Below are positions 1 through 9,786 of a DNA stretch of 64,000 nucleotides, one piece after another; position 1 is the stretch's first letter; each line of letters begins with the position of its first letter. This stretch comes from Candidatus Komeilibacteria bacterium (lineage in GTDB: Bacteria > Patescibacteriota > Patescibacteriia > UBA1558 > 2-01-FULL-52-15). The stretch is from the NCBI GenBank assembly GCA_043801745.1, contig JAZDLR010000013.1, positions 9,608-73,607 on the forward strand. Direction: 5' to 3'. The notes under the pieces were generated by a model. The model made no database searches. It saw nothing but the letters and a program-made list of their open reading frames with translations, and was not told the origin of the DNA. The translations under genes and the position numbers were made by a program.

Positions 1-33
1 TATGAGTGCTAATTTTTTTTAAAAATTTTTAAA

Positions 34-61
34 TAAAAAAACACCCGACCGAGGCCGGGTG
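34..61 (-). terminator. intrinsic terminator for CDS 92..556
   Basis: Minus strand reads CACCCGGCC-TC-GGTCGGGTG followed by TTTTTTT, immediately after the stop of CDS 92..556. Confidence 0.5.
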
Positions 62-91
62 AGCAGTTAGGGATGCCAGCCCAAAGTCAGG

Positions 92-556
92 TCAGGAGGC
101 GTGCTGCAGCAGATAGGCCGCGGCGGCCTGGATCTGGGCCCAGTCCTTGGCGACCTCGACGGGGTCCAGGTCGTCGAAGAGATTCATCCTGGTCATCCGC
201 CCCAACGGACCCTTGTCGGTGCGGAACGACTGTCCCGCGCCCCAGGTGCCGTTGGCCGCGCGGTGCAGAATACCCCTCTCCGTTTCCGTGACATCGCCAT
301 TGACGATGTCACGGAGCAGAGGCAGGTAGTCCGGCTCAACCCCGCGGGTCAGAGCCATGATGCTGCACCCGGTCAGGACCGCCTGCGGCCCGGCCAGGTT
401 CTGGGCCACCATCTCGGGCTTGTCCTCGCCGAAGGGTTCGGTCCACTCGGGGTGGCCGCAGCCCTCATTGTAGGCGGCGGCACAGGCGTTCGCGATTTCA
501 ATCAGCCGCACCTTGTTCTGCATCAGGTCTCGGATCCACTGATTGCTGGGGATCAT
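92..556 (-). CDS. hypothetical protein (GC-rich island 1)
   Basis: 154-aa ORF in a ~60% GC segment flanked by AT-rich DNA. SD GGAGGT sits 7 nt upstream on the minus strand. No recognisable domain. Confidence 0.5.
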   Translation of the reverse strand: MIPSNQWIRDLMQNKVRLIEIANACAAAYNEGCGHPEWTEPFGEDKPEMVAQNLAGPQAVLTGCSIMALTRGVEPDYLPLLRDIVNGDVTETERGILHRAANGTWGAGQSFRTDKGPLGRMTRMNLFDDLDPVEVAKDWAQIQAAAAYLLQHAS

Positions 557-704
557 TTTTAACCTCCGTCGGTTTAGGGTTTGGTAAGGAACTACGGGGA
601 ATTGCTGGAATTTATAAGGATATCATATATTTCGTATCTTGTCAATAGTGTGATGAGAAGCTATTTATCATTGAAAATATCTCTTATTTTGATATAATTG
701 TCTT

Positions 705-1991
705 ATGTTAGCGCGACTTGGACAGCTAGCTAATTTTGTTGCTAAAGAGGTAGAAATACCGGCGTGGGTTTATAACCTACGTTCTTCGGGTAAGATAACT
801 TTTTTGCAACTTCGTGACGGGTCTGGGTGGAGTCAGGCCATTGTTGATGAATCTAAAGTTGATTCTAAAGTTTGGAAAACTACCAATGAGCTAACTATTG
901 AATCGTCAGTAATTATTTTTGGTAAAGTTTCCAAGCATCCGAAAAAAGAGGAATACGAAATTCAGGTCAGTGATATTAAAGTTCAGCAGATAGCCGAGGA
1001 GTATCCGATTGGAAAAAAAGAGCATGGTGTGGACTTTCTCATGGACCAACGGCATCTTTGGTTGAGGTCATCTAAACAATGGGCCATTCAGCGTGTGCGG
1101 AACACAGTAATTAATAGTATCTTTGAATTTTTGAATAATAGGGGATATATCAAGATTGACGCGCCGATTCTGACGCCTAATGCTTGTGAGGGCACGACTG
1201 AACTTTTCGAAGTGCCGTATTTTGACGAAAAAGCTTATTTAACTCAAAGCGGTCAGTTATATATTGAAGCTGCGATCTTTTCTCATGGCCAAGTTTTTGA
1301 TTTTGGTCCGGTTTTCCGCGCGGAAAAATCCAAAACCCGCCGGCATCTGACCGAGTTCTGGATGATGGATGCCGAGGCAGCCTGGGTGGAGCACGAGGAG
1401 AATATGAAGATTCAGGAAGAGTTGATTAAATATGTTGTCAGTAAAGTGGTTGAAAGTTGTCAGTTAGAATTACAACTTCTGGAGAGAGATATTGAGCCGT
1501 TGAAAAAATTAAGCCAACCGTTTATTAGAATGAGTTATGACGAGGCGATTAAGAAATTAAATAAACTGGGCTCGGATATTAAAAACGGTGAGGATTTGGG
1601 TGGTGATGACGAAACTTTATTAACCAAAGATAGTGAGGTGCCGATTTTTGTGGAAAAGTGGCCGAGTGAGATAAAGGCTTTCTATATGAAGCGCGATCCT
1701 CAAAATACAAAATTAGCCTTATGTTCTGATTTGATCGCGACAGAAGGACACGGTGAAATAATTGGCGGGTCGCAGAGAGAAGATGATTATGACGAGCTGT
1801 TGAAACGCATTAAAGAACGGAAATTTCCCATTTCTGATTGGCAATGGTATCTTGATTTAAGGAAATATGGGTCAGTGCCGCACTCGGGATTTGGCGTTGG
1901 TTTGGAGCGTTTAGTTGGCTGGATCTGCAACGTTCATCATGTTAGGGAAACTATTCCATTTCCACGGACTATAAATAGACTACGTCCATAA
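705..1991 (+). CDS. asnS: asparagine--tRNA ligase
   Basis: Class II aaRS motifs FRAEKSKTRRHLTEFWMMDAE, GGSQRE and HSGFGVGLERLV. N-terminal OB fold (ITFLQLRDGSG). 428 aa. Confidence 0.85.
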   Translation: MLARLGQLANFVAKEVEIPAWVYNLRSSGKITFLQLRDGSGWSQAIVDESKVDSKVWKTTNELTIESSVIIFGKVSKHPKKEEYEIQVSDIKVQQIAEEYPIGKKEHGVDFLMDQRHLWLRSSKQWAIQRVRNTVINSIFEFLNNRGYIKIDAPILTPNACEGTTELFEVPYFDEKAYLTQSGQLYIEAAIFSHGQVFDFGPVFRAEKSKTRRHLTEFWMMDAEAAWVEHEENMKIQEELIKYVVSKVVESCQLELQLLERDIEPLKKLSQPFIRMSYDEAIKKLNKLGSDIKNGEDLGGDDETLLTKDSEVPIFVEKWPSEIKAFYMKRDPQNTKLALCSDLIATEGHGEIIGGSQREDDYDELLKRIKERKFPISDWQWYLDLRKYGSVPHSGFGVGLERLVGWICNVHHVRETIPFPRTINRLRP

Positions 1992-2010
1992 ATTTTTAAC
2001 CTCACCCCGA

Positions 2011-2033
2011 CCCTCTCCTTGGAAAGGAGAGGG
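2011..2033. repeat. GC-rich palindrome CCCTCTCCTT-gga-AAGGAGAGGG (family A)
   Basis: Perfect 10-bp inverted repeat between asnS and aspS, preceded by CCTCACC. The 3' arm carries an AGGAG SD-like sequence 15 nt before the aspS ATG. Confidence 0.5.
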
Positions 2034-2047
2034 AGGACAAGGAAAAT

Positions 2048-3466
2048 ATGAAAACCTACATCAACGAAACATTGAAGAAAAAAGTCGGCGAAACAATAGA
2101 GCTCGCCGGCTGGTGTCAGACTATTCGTAAAATGGGCAAGATTGCCTTTATTGATTTACGGGATTCCACTGGTTTGATTCAGGTTGTTTTGGTGCCAAAA
2201 GAAATGGCCATTGGGGCGGATATTACCAGTGATTTACGGCCGGAATTTGTGGTAAAAATAAAAGGAATTATTCAAAAACGAGACGCGAAGCAGGTTAATG
2301 AATCTTTGGCAACCGGCCAGATTGAAATTTTAGCCAAGGAAATTGTGATTTTAAGCGCCTCAGAAGTTCCGCCTTTTGAAATAGATAATGAAGAGCGTCA
2401 AGCCAATGACGAGCTGCGGTTAAAATACCGCTATTTAGATTTACGGCACGAGCGGATGAATAAGAATATGCATTTGCGCAGTGACGTGCTATTTTTCTTG
2501 AGAAATTATTTGCAGAAACTGGGCTTTATCGAAATTCAGACGCCGATTTTGTCCAAGTCTACCCCAGAGGGCGCGCGCGACTATTTAGTGCCTTCGCGTC
2601 TGCATAAAGGCAAATTTTTTGCTTTACCGCAAAGTCCGCAGCAATATAAGCAGCTTCTAATGATCGCCGGCTTTGAACGTTATTTTCAGATCGCGCCGTG
2701 TTTCCGCGATGAGGACGCGCGCGCCGACCGTAGTCCGGGCGAGTTCTATCAACTGGATATTGAAATGTCATTTGTGGAACAGGAAGATATTTTACAGCTG
2801 ACAGAGAAAATGTATACGGAAATGGTGAAAACTTTGTTTCCGGATAAGAAAGTAACTGTTAAACCCTGGCCGCGTCTTAGTCACGCTGATGCCATGAAGA
2901 AATATGGTACTGATAAACCCGATTTGAGGCAAGAGAAAAATGATCCCAATGAATTGGCTTTTGCCTGGATCGTCGATTTTCCCTTATTTACTGAACAATC
3001 GGCTGACGATAAATTTTACGGCGTTAGCGGTAAATTTGTGCCTTCGCATCATATGTTTACCGCGCCACATCCTGAGGACGTTTTGCTTCTTGATAAAGAA
3101 CCGCTGAAGGTGCGCGGACTGCAGCACGACTTAGTACTGAACGGCTATGAGGTTGGCGGCGGCAGTATCAGAATTCATGATGCGAAAATCCAGCAGAAAG
3201 TTTGGGACCTGATTGGTTTCACGGCGCAGCAGCAGAAAATGTTTAGTCACTTAATTGAAGCTTTCAAATATGGCGTACCACCGCACGGCGGAATTGCTCC
3301 GGGCATAGAACGTTTATTGATGGTTTTAGCCGGTGAGAAAAATTTGCGCGAGATTACGGCTTTTCCTTTGACCAGTGACGGTCGCGACCCCCTGATGGAT
3401 AGTCCGTCGCAGGTGACGAAAGAGCAGTTGGCTGAATTGGGGCTAAGATTGGAGAAAAAGAGTTAA
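2048..3466 (+). CDS. aspS: aspartate--tRNA ligase (short form lacking GAD insertion)
   Basis: LRYRYLDLR, QSPQQYKQLLM, FRDEDARADR and GGGSIRIHD motifs. 472 aa. Confidence 0.9.
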   Translation: MKTYINETLKKKVGETIELAGWCQTIRKMGKIAFIDLRDSTGLIQVVLVPKEMAIGADITSDLRPEFVVKIKGIIQKRDAKQVNESLATGQIEILAKEIVILSASEVPPFEIDNEERQANDELRLKYRYLDLRHERMNKNMHLRSDVLFFLRNYLQKLGFIEIQTPILSKSTPEGARDYLVPSRLHKGKFFALPQSPQQYKQLLMIAGFERYFQIAPCFRDEDARADRSPGEFYQLDIEMSFVEQEDILQLTEKMYTEMVKTLFPDKKVTVKPWPRLSHADAMKKYGTDKPDLRQEKNDPNELAFAWIVDFPLFTEQSADDKFYGVSGKFVPSHHMFTAPHPEDVLLLDKEPLKVRGLQHDLVLNGYEVGGGSIRIHDAKIQQKVWDLIGFTAQQQKMFSHLIEAFKYGVPPHGGIAPGIERLLMVLAGEKNLREITAFPLTSDGRDPLMDSPSQVTKEQLAELGLRLEKKS

Positions 3467-3566
3467 TTATTTTGTTAGGCGGTACTACTAAATTTTGCTC
3501 TAATTAGTAAGTTATTGTAAAATTACAATGTTTTTACAGGTTTTTTAATGCCTGGAAAAATTCTTT

Positions 3567-5408
3567 ATGCTAAAATATTTTACCTTAGATCAGTCCGCCA
3601 AAAAAATATTTTATTTGTTAAATAAACTAACTTTGCTGACTTTGGTGATCGTGGTTTGTATATTAATCGTGCCACGGGCGGCCCGAGCCGCAGTCGGCGA
3701 TATTGCTGTCGCCAGCACAAAAACTGAAGCATCTCTAGATTTAGGAAATGCGGTGATTCAAGTCAAATGTTACGAAGGTGATTATACTAATTTAGGAACA
3801 ACTAATGATAGTGGAGTGTTGAGCGCGACTACTCCAGATCCGGCTTCAGGTTGTGATGATAATGAAGAGCAGATGGATTATAAGGTTATTAAGGATGGCT
3901 ATGTGACACTCACGGTTACTAATGTTGCTGGAGGTTGGCAAGCATTATCATTAAATACTTTAACAATCACTGGAGTAAAATATTCCAACAAGGTTTCCGG
4001 TATTAGTTCCGATGATGGCGCGGCTTGGACTAGTGGTACGGGTGTTACTGTTAAGACCGGTAATGCTTATGGCACGACCTGTACCTTTTATTCTAATTCT
4101 TGGTACTGTGCTGTGCCCTTAGCTGATACCGCGAAAGTGATTTATGTTGCCCGGGACGGTTATGTCACTGATACAACTATTTCCTTTACAGCAGATAGAA
4201 CTGTTGCTACCGAAGCGCAACAGGTTAAGGCAGTATCCTACGTTACCTACGCCTATATGCTGGCTTCTATCGTTAATGAAGTTGGAACAGAGATCTCAAT
4301 GTTGGCCACTGCCGTGGAAATCGGTGACGAAACTGGATTAACTACCTGTGTCGCGGGGGCTGTATCTGATCCCAATGCCTATTGGTCTTGTCCGGTAGTT
4401 TTAGCTAACAGTAACGGTACGATGGTGGTTCGAGTTACGGTCAATGGTTATGTTACTAAGAATTATCCTTTGGGTGCCGGCTTTAACAGAACTAACCCTG
4501 ACGGTACTGAGGCTAGTGTTGGTGTCACGGTTGATCCGATTGAAAGTGCTTTGAAGATCACGGTTTACGATGGTGCTACTGGCACAACTGCACTTACTGG
4601 TGCCAAAGTAGAAGCTGGTGATAATTTGGCAGTCTCCTGTAACGAGAGTGCCGGGGTTTATTATTGCGCCATACCTTTAGCTAATACGGCAACTTACGCC
4701 CGGGTGGTGAAAGATGGTTATGGCACACAATCACCTACCTATACTGACCGTACAGCTGCTACTGATGCTCAAGGAACCCTGACTGTTCATATGACTACTA
4801 CTACTGGCAGCGCCGGAAATGGTGGTAGTAGCAGTGGCGGATCTGGAACCTCTACACCGCCACCGGTAATACCACCGACCACTCCAATACCTCCGGTGAC
4901 TACGCCGGAGCCTCAGCCGGTAATTACCATGCCGGCATTAGACAGAATTCAGTCCACCATTGCACGCGAGCAGGAGCGCCTGCAAGCAGTTGACATTGCT
5001 TTGCGCGACAGATTATTGGGCCGCATCTTATTACAGGTCCAGGATCATGGCGAAGCTTGGTATTTAGACCCGGTCTCCCAGGTACGGTATTATCTGGCTG
5101 ATGGTCCGACCGCTTTTCAAATGCTGCGTCAATTTGGTTTAGGTATTACTAATGCTGATCTGGCTAATATTCCAGTTGCTACCGATACATCCAATAAGCC
5201 CTTAACCGTGGCAGCAAAGAATTTGCTAGATAGGTTGAAAGGGAAAATTTTACTTCAGGTTCAAAGTCACGGTGAAGCTTGGTATATTAATCCGGTTGAC
5301 GGCAAGAGATATTACTTGAAAGATGGTGCCGCGGCTTATGAGATTATGCGGTCGCTGTCCCTGGGTATTACTGATGCTGATCTGGCGCAGATCGGATTAG
5401 GTCGGTAA
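3567..5408 (+). CDS. secreted repeat protein
   Basis: N-terminal signal/TM. Four ~100-aa modules with conserved C...Y.C..P and GYVT motifs. PT-rich linker. Two tandem ~55-aa C-terminal repeats (GEAWY..P....RYYL.DG.A...M....LGIT.ADLA.I), also repeated at nucleotide level (about 4978-5160 vs 5215-5400). Confidence 0.7.
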   Translation: MLKYFTLDQSAKKIFYLLNKLTLLTLVIVVCILIVPRAARAAVGDIAVASTKTEASLDLGNAVIQVKCYEGDYTNLGTTNDSGVLSATTPDPASGCDDNEEQMDYKVIKDGYVTLTVTNVAGGWQALSLNTLTITGVKYSNKVSGISSDDGAAWTSGTGVTVKTGNAYGTTCTFYSNSWYCAVPLADTAKVIYVARDGYVTDTTISFTADRTVATEAQQVKAVSYVTYAYMLASIVNEVGTEISMLATAVEIGDETGLTTCVAGAVSDPNAYWSCPVVLANSNGTMVVRVTVNGYVTKNYPLGAGFNRTNPDGTEASVGVTVDPIESALKITVYDGATGTTALTGAKVEAGDNLAVSCNESAGVYYCAIPLANTATYARVVKDGYGTQSPTYTDRTAATDAQGTLTVHMTTTTGSAGNGGSSSGGSGTSTPPPVIPPTTPIPPVTTPEPQPVITMPALDRIQSTIAREQERLQAVDIALRDRLLGRILLQVQDHGEAWYLDPVSQVRYYLADGPTAFQMLRQFGLGITNADLANIPVATDTSNKPLTVAAKNLLDRLKGKILLQVQSHGEAWYINPVDGKRYYLKDGAAAYEIMRSLSLGITDADLAQIGLGR

Positions 5409-5442
5409 GCAAACGGATTTCAGCAGTTATAAATGTAAATGA

Positions 5443-5490
5443 AAAGAGCGGCCGCGTTACTCACTGTTGTGAGTGTTGCGGTCGCTCTTT
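5443..5490 (-). terminator. long hairpin terminator for the island 2 genes
   Basis: AAAGAGCGGCCGC...GCGGTCGCTCTTT inverted repeat with an inner ACTCACA/TGTGAGT stem. Followed by TTTTCATTT on the minus strand. Confidence 0.45.
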
Positions 5491-5504
5491 ACGTTGTCGG
5501 CACA

Positions 5505-5600
5505 CTAGCTGTTCCATCTCCGATTCCCGATCAGTCGACTCATTAAGACCGGGACCCACAGCGGGGAAAGGATCAGAATGAAGATACCGAGAATGTCCAT
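5505..5600 (-). CDS. putative 31-aa hydrophobic peptide
   Basis: ATG preceded by GGGAGA at 5-nt spacing. Product MDILGIFILILSPLWVPVLMSRLIGNRRWNS. Below the ORF-track size cutoff, so speculative. Confidence 0.2.
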   Translation of the reverse strand: MDILGIFILILSPLWVPVLMSRLIGNRRWNS

Positions 5601-5670
5601 GGATGTCTCCCTTCTTCCTTAAAGTGCCTTTTCTGGGGTTGCTTCTTTTTTGTGCAGGTAGAGTTAGTGT

Positions 5671-6165
5671 TTAGAAGTTCTCTACCACTACACGTCTTGA
5701 CTCCCAGCGAACGTTGCCGCTGAATTCGACCGTAGCTCCATTGGTGTCTTCGAAAATGAAGCACCAACCATGGTCCGCCTCATTCAGGCCATTGAAAGAC
5801 AGGGCCTTGAGAGTGTAGCGGTTGTTGACTAGCCCAACCGGGGTCACTCCGAGCGTGATCTGGTAGGCGCCGGATATAGAGTATCCGGTTACCATGGTGA
5901 CGATGGTGATCTGCTGACTGGGAATATTCGGCCAGCAAGTAATGATTCCGCCGAATGGGTCAAGCGGTAGGCCGGCATCTTTGAACGTCTGACTCCTGAT
6001 TTGCACCAGTGCCTGGTCGTCGCTCCCGTTCATGGCCACAGTCTTGGGCTGTTGGCGGTTAATAACAAGTACACCGCCACCTCCCTGAGCCCAGGCAGGA
6101 ACCATGTTCAGACACAGAACCGCGAGAACAAGCAGTACGAGGCCGATGATTTTGGGGGTCTTCAT
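5671..6165 (-). CDS. secreted hypothetical protein (GC-rich island 2)
   Basis: Signal peptide MKTPKIIGLVLLVLAVLCLNMVPAWAQ. SD GGAGGA 6 nt upstream. ~55% GC versus AT-rich flanks. Confidence 0.55.
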   Translation of the reverse strand: MKTPKIIGLVLLVLAVLCLNMVPAWAQGGGGVLVINRQQPKTVAMNGSDDQALVQIRSQTFKDAGLPLDPFGGIITCWPNIPSQQITIVTMVTGYSISGAYQITLGVTPVGLVNNRYTLKALSFNGLNEADHGWCFIFEDTNGATVEFSGNVRWESRRVVVENF

Positions 6166-6337
6166 GAAGCGTCCTCCGTGTTTAGTGATTGGAACACTAT
6201 TGGCACAGTGATTATCGTTATCAGCTGACATTGGGTCAGCTAAGGTTGTAAGAACGTAAGATTCTAGAAAGTATCAATTTTGTGTCATTTTGTCAATCTG
6301 GGCTAATCTTGTGCTTTGGTTTAATCTATAGTTAGCC

Positions 6338-6622
6338 ATGAATTTGTCGCTATTACAGAAATATATACTTAAAGTTTGCTATGGTCAGCTCTCTTTGCCC
6401 AAGGAGTATTTTTTAGCGTTTTATCAGGGTAATAATATTGACGCAGAAACGGCCTTAAAGGATATAGGCAAAAGTATCGATCGTCTGGTTTCGCGGGATT
6501 TATTGAAAGTTTCAGGTGTCAAAACAGCGAAAAAATGGTATACTTCCACTGTGAATTTGACGTATCAGGGAGAAAAAATGGCCAAGAAATTGTTGAGTGA
6601 GCAGCCGAAGTTGTTTAGATAA
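6338..6622 (+). CDS. hypothetical protein
   Basis: 94-aa ORF in host-like composition. Confidence 0.4.
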   Translation: MNLSLLQKYILKVCYGQLSLPKEYFLAFYQGNNIDAETALKDIGKSIDRLVSRDLLKVSGVKTAKKWYTSTVNLTYQGEKMAKKLLSEQPKLFR

Positions 6623-6645
6623 TTAAACCACCCCGCCTGTCGGCA

Positions 6646-6667
6646 CCCCTCCTTGCTAAGGAGGGGA
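6646..6667. repeat. GC-rich palindrome CCCCTCCTT-gcta-AAGGAGGGG (family A variant)
   Basis: 9-bp inverted repeat preceded by ACCACCCCGCC, the same words that open the ~400-nt elements. The 3' arm supplies AGGAGG 13 nt before the GTG at 6679. Confidence 0.45.
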
Positions 6668-6678
6668 ACGCTGATACA

Positions 6679-7311
6679 GTGTCTCGGTGTAACATATTAA
6701 CCACTATGACCAACAAACAATTGATCAAAAAATTGGACGAGTGGGGCGTCGATTATGAGGTGCTGAAACACAAGACTGTGTTTACCGCTCATGATGTGGC
6801 CGCCACTCTGAAAACAAAATTAGACGAAATCGTGAAAACGCTGGTCATTGAAGCGGACAAGCGTTTTTATTTAGTGTCTTTGCCGGCCAGCAAGAATATT
6901 GATTTTAAGCAGTTGAAAAAGGTGATTAAGAAAATGGGCGGCTCGGTCAAGAGCATCGGCATTCCGAGCGAGGAAGTTTTAGTTAAGAAGCTGGGCATCA
7001 AACCCGGCGGAGTTACGGCTTTTTCTAAGTTGCATAAATTACCGCATATAATTGACCGCGATCTGAAGAAAATTAAGAAAGGTGTGTTAAGCGGCGGCAG
7101 TGTGTCAGAAAGTCTGAAAATGAAAATCGCCGACTGGATTAAAGTTGAGGAGCCGAAGGTGGAGATCATTGGTGTTAAGCGTAAAATTAAACCGGTGAAA
7201 AATAATAAAAAAGGGAAAAGCAAAGTTGTAAAGAAAAAATTAAAGATTAAGAAATCAAAACCAAAGGCGAGGAAGGTTGTGCCGAAGAGAACGAATAAGC
7301 GTCGCCGCTAG
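6679..7311 (+). CDS. YbaK/ProX-like aminoacyl-tRNA deacylase domain protein with Lys-rich tail
   Basis: DEWGVDYEVLKHKTVFTAHDVA and LVIEADKRFYLVSLPASKNIDFKQLKK resemble the YbaK/EbsC editing domain. Start could instead be the ATG at 6706. Confidence 0.55.
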   Translation: MSRCNILTTMTNKQLIKKLDEWGVDYEVLKHKTVFTAHDVAATLKTKLDEIVKTLVIEADKRFYLVSLPASKNIDFKQLKKVIKKMGGSVKSIGIPSEEVLVKKLGIKPGGVTAFSKLHKLPHIIDRDLKKIKKGVLSGGSVSESLKMKIADWIKVEEPKVEIIGVKRKIKPVKNNKKGKSKVVKKKLKIKKSKPKARKVVPKRTNKRRR

Positions 7312-7380
7312 TCTTTCCTAATCAGCTAATAAGCCAATAAGCTAATCAGCTACTAAACTACTAATCTACCAAACTATTTT

Positions 7381-8031
7381 ATGGAATCAGAACTACATTC
7401 ATTTATTAAAGATTCTCTGGCTAAAGGCCTGGCCAAAGATAAGATCCGCGAAGTATTACTTCAGGCCAATTGGGAAAAGGATGAAGTTGACGTGGCTTTA
7501 AACCGCTATGCTGACATTAACTTTCCTATTGCCGTGCCCAAGCGTAAGCCCTATTTATCCGCGCGAGAAGCCTTTATGTATCTACTGACCTATGTGACTT
7601 TGTACGTCAGCTCATTTAATTTAGGCGCTTTGATTTATCAGTTTATTAACCGCGCTTTTCCGGATGCGACTATTCCGGTTGGTCAGCTCTATGATGCTGC
7701 GGTTAATCCTTCGGGTATCCGCTTTAATTTAGCCTCGCTGATTATTGCTTTTCCGATTTACCTTTGGCTGACCATTATTCTCAATCGCAGCGCGGCGAAA
7801 AATCCGGAAGCCCGTAGTTCCCGCGTACGCAAGTGGCTGACTTATTTGACGCTATTCGTCACTGTCGGCGTCATGATCGGCGATTTGATCGCCTTGCTCA
7901 ATCGTTTGTTCAATGGCGATATTACTATGCGCTTTGGCTTGAAGTTCCTCACGGTGCTGGTCATTGCTGGAGTAGTCTTTGTTTATTATTTGCGCGATCT
8001 GCGTAAGGAGGAAACTACTAATGCTAAATAA
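7381..8031 (+). CDS. membrane protein
   Basis: Soluble N-terminus followed by 4 predicted TM helices. DUF5671-like in my recollection. Confidence 0.5.
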   Translation: MESELHSFIKDSLAKGLAKDKIREVLLQANWEKDEVDVALNRYADINFPIAVPKRKPYLSAREAFMYLLTYVTLYVSSFNLGALIYQFINRAFPDATIPVGQLYDAAVNPSGIRFNLASLIIAFPIYLWLTIILNRSAAKNPEARSSRVRKWLTYLTLFVTVGVMIGDLIALLNRLFNGDITMRFGLKFLTVLVIAGVVFVYYLRDLRKEETTNAK

Positions 8032-8479
8032 AATTTTATTTTGGGTAGCAATCGCCGTAGTAGCAGCTGCTATTGTCGGCGGATTTATGCTCAGTGGTTC
8101 GCCCCAGCAGGCGCGAAAAACTAATCTGGATGACAGCCGCGTCAGTTCATTATCGCAAATTAACACGGCAATTAATCTTTTTTATGATAATAAAAAAGTG
8201 TTACCCCAATTATTGAGTGAATTGCAGCAGCAGCCGGTTTATTATGTGAGTATGATTACTGATCCGGTTACGGCCGTTCCGTTCGAGTATAAGATTACTG
8301 GTGCTACCACCTATGATTTATGTGCTACGTTTGATCTGGCTTCGGACCAAAGTTCAAATCTGCCCGTTGATCCTTATTACAACGGCTCCACTTTTTGGCA
8401 GCATCCGGCCGGAAATTATTGTTATCATTTAGAAGTTTATAGCGCCAACAAAGATGTAACACCACTGCCAGTTAAATAA
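8021..8479 (+). CDS. membrane-anchored hypothetical protein
   Basis: AGGAGG 10 nt upstream of the ATG at 8021. N-terminal TM MLNKILFWVAIAVVAAAIVGGFML. Confidence 0.5.
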   Translation: MLNKILFWVAIAVVAAAIVGGFMLSGSPQQARKTNLDDSRVSSLSQINTAINLFYDNKKVLPQLLSELQQQPVYYVSMITDPVTAVPFEYKITGATTYDLCATFDLASDQSSNLPVDPYYNGSTFWQHPAGNYCYHLEVYSANKDVTPLPVK

Positions 8480-8483
8480 ATAA

Positions 8484-9209
8484 TTGATGCATAAAGTCAG
8501 TCTGGAACAATTTGAAGGACCACTAGACCTACTCCTGCAGCTCATTGAGCAGCAGGAGTTGGATATTACCACCGTTTCTTTGGCCCATGTGACGGATCAA
8601 TATCTGCAGTATTTGGAGAAATTAGAGCAGATAGTGCCGGAAGAAGTAGCGGATTTTTTGTTAGTGGCCTCCAAATTGATTTACCTCAAGTCTAAATACT
8701 TATTGCCTAATTTAACTATTGCTGATGAGCAGGACGCTACTGATCTGGAGCGGCAATTAAAGATGTATCAGCAGTATTATGAGGCCAGTAAGGTTATTGA
8801 GCAGATGATTGCCAAGCGGAGGTTTACTTTTGTCCGCGAACATCCTCTGAAAGTCAAGTTTGAGCAGGAATTCACACCGCCTCCGGCCCTGAAATTGACT
8901 GATCTGTCTACAGCTATGCGTTCAGTAATTGAGCGCCTGGGCGAGATTAAAATCCTGCCGCGTATTATGATGGCTAGGGCTGTGAGTATCAAGGAGCGGA
9001 TTCAGCATTTCCGCGAGCTGCTGACCAAAAATATCAAGCTCAGCTTTGACCGTTTTCACGATAAAGACAACAAAGTTGATACCATCGTTAGTTTTTTGGC
9101 GCTATTGGAATTAGTTAAACAGCGTTTTGTCACAGTGGAACAAGAAAATTTATTTACGGAAATAACCATTTGTTCTAATCCTTTACAACAACCCAAACTC
9201 AATGAATAA
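8484..9209 (+). CDS. scpA: segregation and condensation protein A
   Basis: FEGPLDLLLQLIEQQELDIT N-terminus typical of ScpA. Followed by scpB. Confidence 0.8.
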   Translation: MMHKVSLEQFEGPLDLLLQLIEQQELDITTVSLAHVTDQYLQYLEKLEQIVPEEVADFLLVASKLIYLKSKYLLPNLTIADEQDATDLERQLKMYQQYYEASKVIEQMIAKRRFTFVREHPLKVKFEQEFTPPPALKLTDLSTAMRSVIERLGEIKILPRIMMARAVSIKERIQHFRELLTKNIKLSFDRFHDKDNKVDTIVSFLALLELVKQRFVTVEQENLFTEITICSNPLQQPKLNE

Positions 9210-9786
9210 GTCATCTTTGGCCAGTTCAATTGAAAGTTTATTGCTGGTTTCCGCTAAGCCCTTGTCTTTTCGGGAATTAGCCCAATTAACCCAGAGTGGG
9301 ACTGACGAAGTGGCTGCTGCTGTGACGCAATTGCAGAGTAAATTTAATGATGCCGTTGGCGGTATCCGTTTGCTAGTAAACGATAAACGGGCGCAGTTAG
9401 CAACTGATGCTGGTCAGACCAAGTTGATCAAGGCTTACTTGCAGTCGGAAATCACCGGAGAATTAACCCGCCCTAGCTTGGAGACCTTAACAATAGTAGC
9501 TTACCGCCAGCCGGTGACGAAGGAGGAATTGGAGCAAATTAGAGGCGTTAATTGCAGTTTGATTTTGCGTAATTTAATGATCCGTGGCTTGGTGGAGCCC
9601 CGGGAAGCCAAAGGAGGCCTGACAACTGATTACAGTGTTACTATGGATTTTTTGCGTTTCTTGGGGATTACAAAAGTTGAAGAGCTGCCTGATTATGAGC
9701 GGCTGCATAGTCATGAAAATATCCAGGCAGTGCTAGACCAGAAACAAGCCGAGGAGAGCGAGGTTAGTCATGATACGGTTAGCTAA
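9202..9786 (+). CDS. scpB: segregation and condensation protein B
   Basis: ScpB-like winged-helix repeats. Overlaps scpA by 8 nt. Confidence 0.8.
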   Translation: MNKSSLASSIESLLLVSAKPLSFRELAQLTQSGTDEVAAAVTQLQSKFNDAVGGIRLLVNDKRAQLATDAGQTKLIKAYLQSEITGELTRPSLETLTIVAYRQPVTKEELEQIRGVNCSLILRNLMIRGLVEPREAKGGLTTDYSVTMDFLRFLGITKVEELPDYERLHSHENIQAVLDQKQAEESEVSHDTVS

